A stretch of 63,896 nt of DNA, counting the filler, from Cercozoa sp. M6MM (taxonomy: Eukaryota > Protista > Endomyxa: Ascetosporea): the NCBI GenBank assembly GCA_040357565.1. It is 11 parts of 11 records of this genome, joined end to end, with 100 filler letters (N's around TTAATTAATTAA, not from the genome) between each part and the next. Parts side by side here need not be neighbours in the genome. Positions count along the whole stretch, not along the records: positions 35,892 to 42,676 come from JBDODJ010000695.1; positions 42,777 to 46,021 come from JBDODJ010001543.1; positions 46,122 to 61,337 come from JBDODJ010000310.1; 8 more parts are not named here. One strand, 5' to 3'. Below the pieces are notes generated by a model. That model ran no database searches. It had not been told where the DNA came from and worked only from the letters and a program-made list of their open reading frames with translations. Of the stretch, positions 37,448 to 48,278 are shown piece by piece. Each line of letters starts with the position of its first letter. The stretch's first letter is position 1. The translations under genes and the position numbers were made by a program.

Positions 37448-38741
37448 TTAAGCCGTGGCCTCCTTGCCGGCCTCAAGCTCGGCGCTGGCCTCCTTGTCCT
37501 CGGCCTGCTCCTCCTTGGCAACAGCCTCGGCCTCCTTGTCGCCCTCGGTCTCTTCCTTCTCCTGCAAGCATAGTTTCTCAGAGGAGACACACTTTACCGA
37601 TAAGGAATAGGTGTGCGTATACCGGTGAAGCCTCGCGGAGCTTGGCAGCAGCGGCGCTGGCCTTGTCCTCGTCGCCGTTGACCTCCTTGCCGTAGTTGAT
37701 CTGCTCCTGGAAGTCGGCGGCCTGCTTGTCCGTCTTGAATCGCTGCAGGCACAGGAGAATGAGGGGGGGGGGGGTAAAAGACAGGGGGCAAGAGAAAGGC
37801 ATGCGTACGGCCAGGAAGGTCTCGATCTTGCCGTCCTCGATGCTGGCGGCCTCGCTGAAGTCAATGGCGGACCAGACCTGTTTCACACACACACAAAGTC
37901 AAGCACGCACAGAGCGAAAGACAACAGACACGGTACGAACGAGTTCTGCACAGAGGCGTTCTCCTGCAGCTCGAGCGACGGGGCCACTGCTCAGGGATAA
38001 AGTACATCGTGCACATACAAAGAGACGCGTCACAATAGGTCACAACATACCGACGTGCGACAGCATAATCTTGCCCGTCTTCTCCTGTCCAAGCAGAGCA
38101 CATAAAAAGAACTCCTCAAAGCAAAGCAAACGAAAGACAAGTCTTAAGCCTACCTGACGCAAGATCATTCGGACGCGACCATTGTCCTTGTTCTGCAGCA
38201 GGCGCAGCAGGCCAATGCCACGCTCCTTCCACTCCTGCGACTCGTCCTCGCCCTGACTCCCAATCAAAACAAACACGTCAACAAACAAACAAACCGACAA
38301 ACAACAAACATTAAACAAACAAAGAAACGCACCTGGAACAGACGGTACAGCTTGCTGCGCTCGCTGAACAGCTCAACGTCGTTGCTCTGCACAGAGCACT
38401 CGTTATTTCACAACCAACGACGAGGCGGACTATACCTCGCCATCGTCAACCTCAACAGTCTCGAGCTTCACGGCGGCCTGCACACACCAAGAAACATCAA
38501 CAACAAAACGGAGAAACTCACTGATCACAAAATCGAAACTCTGCAAGAAAATTAGCCAAAATCGCCTCGCGCACGCCTCCCGTGCTGCCCACCAGCGTCG
38601 CACAAGTGCTGGCAGGCATCGGAACACGCGATATTCGCCATAGCGCGCAGCATGCTCGACAGAATACGAAAAAGGCAAGCCGCACAACAGCAAATAACGC
38701 ACCTCGTAGGTCGTCGTGGCGTTATCCTCAACGTCGGACAT
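37448..38741 (-). CDS. RANBP1: Ran-binding protein 1 (RanBD)
   Basis: ELFSERSKLYR, EWKERGIGLLRLL, GRVRMILRQEKTGKI, VWSAIDFSE, FLAVRFK and an acidic tail. Confidence 0.9.
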
Positions 38742-38897
38742 GGTGTAATGCGGCTCTAAGTGTCACAATTTTGTTGTGGCTAGAAGGGCGCCGGTCAAAT
38801 CCGGAGCGCCGCTGAAGATTTTAGCAAAAATAAAACGAAACAGTTCGGGCAGATGTCCCAGTGTTGCTTGAATTTGAGCAAGTTACCCGTGTGTAGG

Positions 38898-40426
38898 ATG
38901 CCAGTTGTTGTTACTGGTGCCACTGGACTTCTTGGTCGGTATTATCGTCTGCAAAGGCTGGGTTAACGGATGATCGGTGTGCGGTTAGTGCCGTTCTGGC
39001 GTGCTTCAAGAGCGCCAACATCGATGTGATTGGACTTGGCTTCTCGCGTGCCGGTATATTTGCTTTCTGTGTGGGTGGGAAGGCGCCGATTCGAGGCAGT
39101 TTGCAGAAGGCGAAATCCGCAAGTTGGACCTGACCGACAGTGAGGCCGTTGGCGCTTTCCTCGCCGAAACTGCGCCGGAGTGTGTCGTACACTGGTGCTG
39201 TTTTGATCGTTGAAACTGGTGCACTTTGATTGAGTAGACGTGTGTTTTCTGCAGTGCTGCCGAGCGTCGTCCCGACGTGATCCAACACGGCGATGCGACG
39301 TCGTTGAATGTGTACATTGCCATCTTCAGTTCGGGTAGTCCAGTGGACTGTGTGTTAATGTTGCAGCACTGCGACAGAGACACTGGCGAAACTGTGTGCC
39401 GGTGCGGACTGCCGACTGGTTTACGTGAGCACTGACTACGTGTTCGACGGCACCGAGCCTCCCTATGCCGAGGATGCTACCAGCATGCATCCTCTCAACA
39501 AGTACGGCCAGAGCAAGCTCGATGGCGTAGTCTCCTCCTACTCTTTTGTTCCTTTCATTCCCGTGTTGCCCGCCTTGACTTGACTGCACTGTTGCCCCAG
39601 GAAAAGGCCGTTCAGAAGGAGTGCGAGAACTACGCCATCCTGCGCGTGCCTGTCCTGGTGTTTTATTTCTCACTTACTCCGCTGGTGTACCTCCTTGATA
39701 CCGACACTGAGCGTAGTACGGCCCGGTAATGACACCGTCAGAAAGTGCGTCACTGGCCTCGTTCGATGCACTCGTCAGTCAGCGTGCTTGTAGGTTTCTT
39801 CGACTGGACAGGGTGGTTTGTACCAGTACCGACCATGGTTGTACAGGTGAAATCGATAACTACAACCGTCGCTACCCGACGCATGTCGCCGATGTCGCCA
39901 GCGTGTTGTGTAACCCAGTGTTTCATGCTTCGTTTTGCTTGCTTTTGGGGGTTTGTTCCGAAGACGTGGCCTTGTTGTGACAGTGCGACTATCGCAAATG
40001 ACCCAAGTCGGCGTGTTCCACTTCTCTGCCTCTGAGCAGCTCACCAAGTACACTTCACTCATACCACCTGCTTTGGATCCCAACATCTCTGTTCACGTAG
40101 GTACGACCAAACCCTGCTCATGGCACGCGCCTTGAACCTCAGCAGCGATCACATCGCTCCCAAGAACACCCAGGTACCTCCCTATCTCTTTGAGGGCTCT
40201 GGCTTGGAAACACTGAAGGGATTTCTTGTGCACAAACAGGGAGCTGGCGCATCGCGACCCTACGATTGTCGCCTCATCAACACTCGCCTCGCTGATCTTC
40301 CGGCAGCTCGGTACTGAAGTCTTAGCTTCTCTCAATTTACCAAAATTGATAATCAAAAATATGGAATTTACGTTTTTTAGCAAATTCGGCGACTTGGTTG
40401 GCCCGCTGCTGCAGCCTTTCGTGTGA
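38898..40426 (+). CDS. RmlD-like/MAT2B-like NAD(P)-binding reductase, 12 exons
   Basis: VVTGATGLLGR, HCAAERRPD, YVSTDYVFDG, PLNKYGQSK, LRVPVLYG, RYPTHVADVA. Confidence 0.92.
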
Positions 40427-40642
40427 TTGAAGGAGCCACAGGTACGATATATCAATAGTCAAACGAAAACGACGCAGCTAGTACCAGTACGTAATCTGAT
40501 TGGTCACTTTGTTACGGTATGGAAACCAGTAACTAAGGTATTGAAGACGATAAACAGAGGAAGTAAAACGTCAGTTAGAATGGCGTCGATGCGGAGGATT
40601 AGAAGACATACCCTTGTAGAAAAGGTCGTCGAAAGCTCGGAG

Positions 40643-40975
40643 GCTTGATGGCAATTAAAAAGAAAACAGCCCAAGCACTATCACGGCAGAATGTATCAAG
40701 TGCGAAGGGACAAGAGCTCCGTAGAAGGAAGCTGGAGAAGAGATACCTGCAGTCAAAGTGCGTGAGCTGTACTAGTAGAAAGCTTGACCCAAGTTAGAAA
40801 GTCAGGTCTGCACAACACTTGACAATGCAAGGTAGAAGCCTCAGAATGTAATGCAGGAGATACCTAGCAAAACAAATCCTTCACTATAAACCATACTGGT
40901 TCAGATTTGATCGTCCGCGCTGACGAGTAGTCAGATGACAACTTGACTGGTTAAGAAACGCTATGCCGTAACAAC
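40643..40975 (+). repeat. Dispersed repeat copy 1 (ends in a hammerhead-like core)
   Basis: Aligns by eye, with scattered substitutions and indels, to the reverse complement of 45645-45936 on another contig. Confidence 0.85.
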
Positions 40976-41413
40976 TTGTTTGATTTTCAGCATCTACGTT
41001 AGTTAGTTGAGTCTTCTACGAAACCAACTATATGGTTCCCCTGCACCAGTCCGAGGTGGGTCACAAGGGAGGACCATACATTGAAGTCGACTTGTTGGTG
41101 CAGATAGCGGCAAGTAGAGAGGAGTCGCAGGCGGCGTCGGGTTGTTCCGTCGTCGTCGTCCTCCCATCTCTCTGTGTCCCCGATAGGCGGGGCACAGAAA
41201 AAAGCAGAAACCAAGGGCGAAGAATAAGGTGCGCAACGGTTGGATTTTCAAAAAAAAAAACGCCCCGCCAATCCGGGCATACCCGGTTATTGCCGAAGGG
41301 GGCAACCACATGTACGTGTCCGATCATACATACAGATCAAAATTGGTAAACAATGGCAAATGCTAGTTAGTGTGCGGCCTAACAAACTGGAGCCTGACCG
41401 TCGGCCAGGAAAT

Positions 41414-41867
41414 TTAGCAGCCGGCCTGGGCGAGGGCGTCGAACATCTTGCCGATGGCGACCTGGCCCTGCTCGAACGGCAGCGTGTCGCTCGTGCCCAT
41501 GGCGACCAGGTAGATCGACTTGAGCTTGTAAAGGAAGATGAACTCCTTGCCCTTCTTGCCGGTGGCGAAGTCGTCGCCCTTGCGCAGCACCATGAACTTC
41601 TTGCAGTTGAAGCGGATCGACGTGAGCTCCGTGCTCCAGTCCTGCGCCAGGTAGACGTTCTCGTTGATGTCCTGACCGTCGGCCTGGTAGGCGCGCGGGA
41701 TCATGTCACCGGCCTGGGCCAGCACCTGACCAGCACACAGATGTACCCCCCGACATCAGGGTATATTTTATTTTGTGATGTGATACCTGGTACGAGTTGC
41801 GGTCGATGATGCAGGCGCCCGTGAAGCCCTGAGCGGCAAGGTTGTTCGTGTAGTCGGCCCAAGACAT
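41414..41867 (-). CDS. Profilin, 2 exons
   Basis: MSWADYTNNL...GACII...IRFNCKKFMVLR...GKKGK...GKMFDALAQAGC. Confidence 0.85.
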
Positions 41868-42378
41868 GACTGTAGTTACGTGTGCGTGTTCTACCAAACA
41901 CACAGATTTGATTAAACCGGAAAAACAGGAAAAGCGGCAAACACGATGATCACGAAAAGGCCCGAAAGCAAGTGATGCTGCTTAAAACGCCAGAAAACTC
42001 CCACACAGCCATGCATGCAACTTTTTAGCGCTAGAAACGGGCCGACCAGGCCGGTCAGACCACTCGCGCGAAAGCAAACAAAAGCGAGCCAGAGTGCCAA
42101 CATTTAGCAAACGCCCGCGCTCTCGTCGATGAACGTGATGCACATATTGCTAACAGCCTACCAGGAGAACAGTTACAAAAGAGAAGGGTGAATGTCGAAT
42201 GCGCGTGGCAAACCACGTGTCGAACAAAAAAAGCTGTCCCGTCCAAATGGACTGAAAAGATAAAAACAGTTTTGGTGCTGTGCGCCCTGGACACGGTTGC
42301 AGACTGCTCCCGAGTGCGTGTTACTACCATAACGATTTCGTGGGTGGCGATCGCGAGACGTGCAGTAATTTGGCGGGG

Positions 42379-42649
42379 ATGGCAGGCGAGACAGAACCGA
42401 CTCCGAGCGGTCCCGAGCCGCCAGAAGAGGAGCCGAGCGGCTTTGGCGACCTGTGGCAACTGTAGCATTGCAGATCCTTTCGTGTGTTGCCTGTGGGAAC
42501 ACAGTAACGAGTGCGAACGGGTACTAGGTACTTCCCGGGCTGTCCGGATGTCAAGTCGGACAAGTGCGTCACGATCACGCTGACGCTGTGTGAGATCATG
42601 CAGCGTCGCTGGGCCGATCTAACCGTCGGCGCCTTTGGCGAGATGCGCG
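42379..42649 (+). CDS. N-terminus of an unidentified protein (weak resemblance to MCM8 N-terminus)
   Basis: MAGETEPTPSG...DLWQL/YFPGCP... spliced over a GT-AG intron, truncated at the contig end. Confidence 0.35.
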
Positions 42650-42921
42650 GTCGCTCTTGGTGGTGCTTTACCCCCCNNNNNNNNNNNNNNNNNNNNNNNN
42701 NNNNNNNNNNNNNNNNNNNNTTAATTAATTAANNNNNNNNNNNNNNNNNNNNNNNNNNNNNNNNNNNNNNNNNNNNAAAAAAGCGAACACACCGATCTGC
42801 ACGACCTGTCGATGGTTGCACCTCGTCGCAACGTGTTGCTCACCTCCTTTCTTGCGGGGTGTGCTCCTGCCTTGTCTGTCCGTTTCTTTTTATGCCTGAC
42901 TTGACCCCCTTCCTCGTACAG

Positions 42922-43875
42922 TGTGGAGGAAAGCGACACGCGGCACCGAACCACCGAACGCAGACGAGCGTATCCTCCTCGGCAGCAGCCTGACAGGCCG
43001 GAGCAGCGACAAGAGACACATGTGCCCGCTGACCAGCAGGAGCGACGTCGTAAGAGTCGGCAACGCATGTCGGACTCAACTGTGTCGGCTTTCGACTTAA
43101 CAGTGCCGCACATCCCTGATAGTATGGCCAGGTCTAACTGTCCTTTACTCCCCTTGTTTATTCCCTCCTCTGCAGTGGACGAGCCACTCCAACAGCTGCA
43201 GAAAGGACGCTCGCGCAAGCGACGTTCGGTTGCGACACTTGATGACGGTGGCCCCCCCCCCCCCGTGTGTTCTACTCTGTGTTGACTCACTGTGTCACTT
43301 GACTTGCAGCGGTGGGTGCCTCGATTGAGAAACCTTTGCGCCGACGACCAAGGGTACCTTGTTTGTGTCGATGTTCATACCATCAGTATGCTGCATGTTG
43401 TTTGATGAGGTTGTCTGCAGGTGGACACGCAGTCGGTGTCGCTGCAGCACGAAATGCGCGAGCTGCTCGTTTCCTCGTCCGCAACGACACTGGTACACTA
43501 AAACGCGCTCTGGTATTTCTCGTGTCTCTGTGATTCGTGATTCTCTGCGATAGACAAGCGCAAATGCACATGCGCTGGAGCGACAGCACTCGGCGTCAGT
43601 TCCAGGCACGGCCACACTCGCGCCGGCACCTAACACGCGGCAGGTACCCCCCCCCCCCATCTTGCAAGCTTCTCCATCAAGCAAACCTGTGGTGGTGCAG
43701 ACGGCAAGTGCGGTCACTTCGCCGCGGCAGCAGACGCGCAGTGGTCGCGCACATGGACACCCCAGCAGCCTCATGCTCGACGACTCCTTTCTTGCTCCGC
43801 GACGATTGCTCTAATTTCGTACATACTAACGGGAGCTTCCGCGGGAATCCTCCCCTATCGTCGAGGGTAAAATAG
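42922..43875 (+). CDS. 3' exons of a low-complexity hypothetical protein
   Basis: Series of open Arg/Ser/Gln-rich segments separated by GT-AG introns. Confidence 0.35.
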
Positions 43876-45644
43876 TGAGCCCATTAAAAAAACTGTCGCG
43901 AAACAAGCTAGTTTTAATCTTTAGTGAAGCCTGGACGTGTGTAGTTGTTTAGGCGTTTTTGAACTGTAATAGACGCTTATTTGTCGAGTTGTTGTCGCTC
44001 GGGTTTTTGGTTTAGCCGCACTCAGACAAATCTAAGAAAACCGTTTCGTTCAATCACGTCATGCTTTTAGCGTTGCTGGGGTTGGTTTAGCCGCACTCAG
44101 GCACTAGCACACTGCACCTTTGGGGGGGGGGGNNNNNNNNNNNNNNNNNNNNNNNNNNNNNNNNNNNNNNNNNNNNNNNNNNNNNNNNNNNNNNNNNNNN
44201 NNNNNNNNNNNNNNNNNNNNNNNNNNNNNNNNCCCGTGCCAAGATAGCGGAGCCGCAGCGACGCGAAATCAGAAATCGTCAAAAGCCGCCAAGCGGGGAA
44301 AACAAGAAGAAATGTAAAGTGTATGGATTGACTTAGAAGCGGCACTGCATCTGAGCAAGCATGCAGTGCATGCCCGCACGCGGTGAGAGTACTTAAAGTA
44401 AGTCTAAGGCAGCAAGAGAGAAAAAGGCAAAAATGGTGGCGGGCTCGGCATTCGATGTGTCACAAAAGGTACGGGGTGGATCAGAAGACGGGTGCCTGGG
44501 TCGGGAACCCGGGCGGGGTTCCCTGCGGCCGGCACACTTCGGCAACGTTGACGGAACTGGAAGTGATCCTTCCTCGTAAGTTCCTGTCGGAAGAATCACT
44601 TGGACGCCAGACGGGACGTGGTAAGAAAGATGCTAGCTTTCGTTTGCAATTGTGATGCATGTATATATGTGGGGGGCACGTGTGTGTGTGCAATTCACCC
44701 TCTGACTTTACGGTCGCGTGGTTTGCCTTGTGAGCAGGGTGGTGCTCTAGAACAATCGCAGCGACGAAACCCGCGCCAACGAATCAACGAAAGAACAACG
44801 ATGCGAAGTGAAGTGAAACGAAATCAACGAAACAAGCGAACCGGACGGTGCCCTACCGAGACTGCATGTAGGGTCAGTATGTCTCGCGTCGACAACATCG
44901 GTAAGTAATGGTTCGTCTCACTGGGTTAGGGATGTGATTCATTGACGCATAATGCAGGAGGTGTCGTTTGGCACGACGTCCGGCGACCGACCGACACATC
45001 GGCACAACAACGTCGACGCTCCTCAAGTCAAGTCAAGCTTGTCTCTGCCGTTCGAACGTCCCAACAAGGTAGGTTGTGAGCAGCTTCTTTCCCGAGGAAC
45101 CTTCCTCTTATCATGCATGCTGTGTGCAGGTGGAGCAAGTGCAAGCGGTGCACTGACTGCGCCCCGAGGGTCGGTGCACATGACCCGGTGTCTTCGGACA
45201 CCATCCATTCCAACAAACTCCCGCTTTATCATAGCTACTCAGACACTCTCTAAAGAAACACAGTTTAAAGTGGCATCGTCAGCGTTAGAGAGGTTTATTT
45301 TCCAGTTTCTTCAGACTTGGTAATCTCAACATGAGAATTTATCAAGTCAAATTCTTACTGTACTCTATCTTTCGTTTTTTCTTTTTTGGAGAGGTTTTTT
45401 ATTGATTTTAGCAGCTCCATAGAACCTTGAGATTTTAAAATTGATTTTAGCAGCTCTAACCTCATTATTTACGTTCTGTGGTGGTGCATGATGTTCATAC
45501 TGTCAGAAATCTGGACAAGAGCGGGACGACAAAATTGTGGTCTATACTGTTTTTCGGACCAATTAATATTATTTCTCGATTTTCTTGGGAATTTGTTTTC
45601 AACCTTCGCCATCAATCTGGGGCCATGAGATTTGGTTAAACCGT

Positions 45645-45936
45645 TCTGTTACGGCACAGCGTTTCTCAATCAAGTCTGTCATCTGACTACTCGTCAGCGC
45701 GGACAAATCTAAACCAGTATGGTTAATGGTGAAGGATTTTGTTTTCCTAGGTATCTCCGCGTTACATACAGAGGCTTCTACCTTGCATAGTCAAGTGTTG
45801 TGCAGACCTGACTTCCTAGCTCGGGTAAGCTTTCTGCAGCTCACGCACTTTGACTGCAGGTACCTCTCATCCAGCTTCCTTCTGGAGGTTCGTCCGTTTA
45901 TACCGTCACACTTCATTAATTAATGCCATAAGCCCA
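45645..45936 (-). repeat. Dispersed repeat copy 2
   Basis: Reverse-complement match to 40643-40975. Confidence 0.85.
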
Positions 45937-46121
45937 CTTTTAAATACGCGTGCTAACTATCATCAGTGCATGAACATATAAGATTAGTGCATAACTGAGT
46001 GCGTGGAAGTTCCGCTAATCCNNNNNNNNNNNNNNNNNNNNNNNNNNNNNNNNNNNNNNNNNNNNTTAATTAATTAANNNNNNNNNNNNNNNNNNNNNNN
46101 NNNNNNNNNNNNNNNNNNNNN

Positions 46122-46169
<48 letters not shown>

Positions 46170-46250
46170 ATGTGTTTGTGTGTGTTTCAGGGATGCGAAA
46201 AGAATACGAAAACAAACACAAACACATCAAATAAACGCCCAAACGAACGT

Positions 46251-46316
<66 letters not shown>

Positions 46317-46319
46317 TAC

Positions 46320-46940
46320 CTTCCAGATAGCTGTCAAAGTCCTGCATGTACAGCGTCGACATTCCAATCAGCGGATATGGGAGCAAAATCTCCTTGTTTT
46401 CGTATTCTTTTCGCATCCCTGAAACACACACAAACACATGAATACAAAGACACAAACAGAGAGACAACCCACGTTCCAAGCCGCTGTTATATGCATTGAC
46501 AGCCCGCTCGGCCGCGCCGTACAACCGCAGATGTCGTTGCATCGACTTTCGCAGCTCGCTCCACTGTCGGACACGTAAACAATACACTGACAGGATTATT
46601 CTGAGTGCGTCAGTACCCATCGAGACATTTGTGCATCGAACACACGCACTTGGCCGCCGCGCCTGGTGGATTGGCCGCCCAAACCTAACACACGCGCCAG
46701 CATGATCGCCTGCACCCACCTACTCACAGCTGCGCGGCGTACTGTGCAGTACCGCACCACCGGAGGTGCAGCACCGCCACCTTAAAAATAAACAACGAGA
46801 TCGTTTTCAGGATTTTGATGTACAATGTACTAGAATAAATCAGGATTATTCCTGTTAGCATGACAGCAGTTTCTGCCTCTCCCAACTTTTGTACAGTACG
46901 CTGTGCAGCTAGTTCACAAATCGGATCCTGGATGTTTCTC
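46320..46940 (-). CDS. TPR-like helical protein fragment
   Basis: RHLRLYGAAERAVNAYNSGLE/MRKEYENK...PYPLIGMSTLY resembles a TPR repeat; short introns. Confidence 0.4.
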
Positions 46941-46987
46941 GACCGGGATCGGACAAGAACTACAATGATCAGCGGAATACGCACGCT

Positions 46988-47921
46988 TTAGTTGAGGATG
47001 GCAGACAGCGCGACAACACCGAAAGCGAAAGCAGCCGAAACGGTGCCAGAACCGGAGCAAGGAGAGATTTTGCCCTTTTTATATTCGGCGCAGTAGGTTT
47101 TGTCCTCAGTCACCTCGCAGTTGCCATCGTTGGCCTTGCGCATCGCGTCGTACATCATCTGTGACGCACTGAACTGCTTGTCGTTGTAGACACAGCCGTT
47201 GGGCGTTAGACTCCCTTCAGTGTGCTTGTACTGCGGAGCGGATTGTTGGAAGTTTCCCGATGCCATAAGAGTAGTATACCGTACCTTAAACTCAAAACGA
47301 TCTTCTTCGTCGGAATCTGCATGGCGCCCCTCGGACTCAATTTCAATGCACATGTGCTGCCATCCCTATAGTGAGCAAACAAGCGGTACTTATAAGGATG
47401 ACCAACGATAGGACTACTGGAACGGAAACATCGTACAGAAGGTGGTGCAGCGTCGCTAAACGTCACGCACTCATCTGCGCATCAAAAACAAAGGTGAACG
47501 ATAACGAAGTAGTACTTTTAAAATCGCAGAGAATCGAAGTACAGTCGCAATTCTGCAGCTTCTTCCGGTACTCGTTGCCAGTTTCATCTCCGGTAATGCC
47601 GCACTTCTCGTTAATGCACTAGACAGAAAGCCAAGCTTGACTGAAATGCCGGACGGCAGTATATCAAACTGAAATCAAAGTTACAGCAGTCCGCGCCGTG
47701 CTGTAGGCAGTCAGCTTTGCTTGACACTCCTCAGAGCCGGCACAGGCAGCCGAAGTTGTCTAAGCCCAAGTTTGGTCGTAGAAATAGTTTTACACTGTCA
47801 GCTCGAAAAGCCACTGCTTATGAGAAGCTACCGCGCAGTCGGGGTGCAGAATTGCACCATCCAATTGACCAAATGCAGGCATAGTCAGAGTGCTTACGAC
47901 TGACGCGAGAAAAAGCTTCAT
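46988..47921 (-). CDS. Cys-rich secreted/GPI-anchored surface protein
   Basis: Signal MKLFLASVVSTLTMPAFG; spliced body with many Cys; ends SGSGTVSAAFAFGVVALSAILN (GPI-signal-like). Confidence 0.7.
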
Positions 47922-48278
47922 TTTCACGTTGAGCTGCTTTGCTTTGGAAGATTGACGAGTCAAAACCGACCGGTGAGGTTTCTTCTGCAAAAAGACAAGG
48001 ATAGAGTTCCGGTTGCAAACTTCTACTGATTACAAAAGCCATTAATGATCCTGCAGACTACACTTACGAGATTGTTGGGATTAGTTCCACGAATCGTTGC
48101 AAGTTGGACTGACTTTGTGTCTGGCTGACCTGCGGGGGGCGTTTTTGGTGTCGAACTGACTGTTTCCTCGCGGAACAGTCAAATACCAAAAAATGATGTT
48201 TTGTGACACTGGACACGAAAAGAGATCCTGCAGACGTGTGGGACAATAGATTCTGTTTATGCAATAGAAGTGTGTCGA

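Noticed and set aside
44007-44100. 19-bp direct repeat TTGGTTTAGCCGCACTCAG x2; also a 25-bp duplication at ~52965-53025
   Set aside because: Simple local duplications, one beside an assembly gap; no element structure
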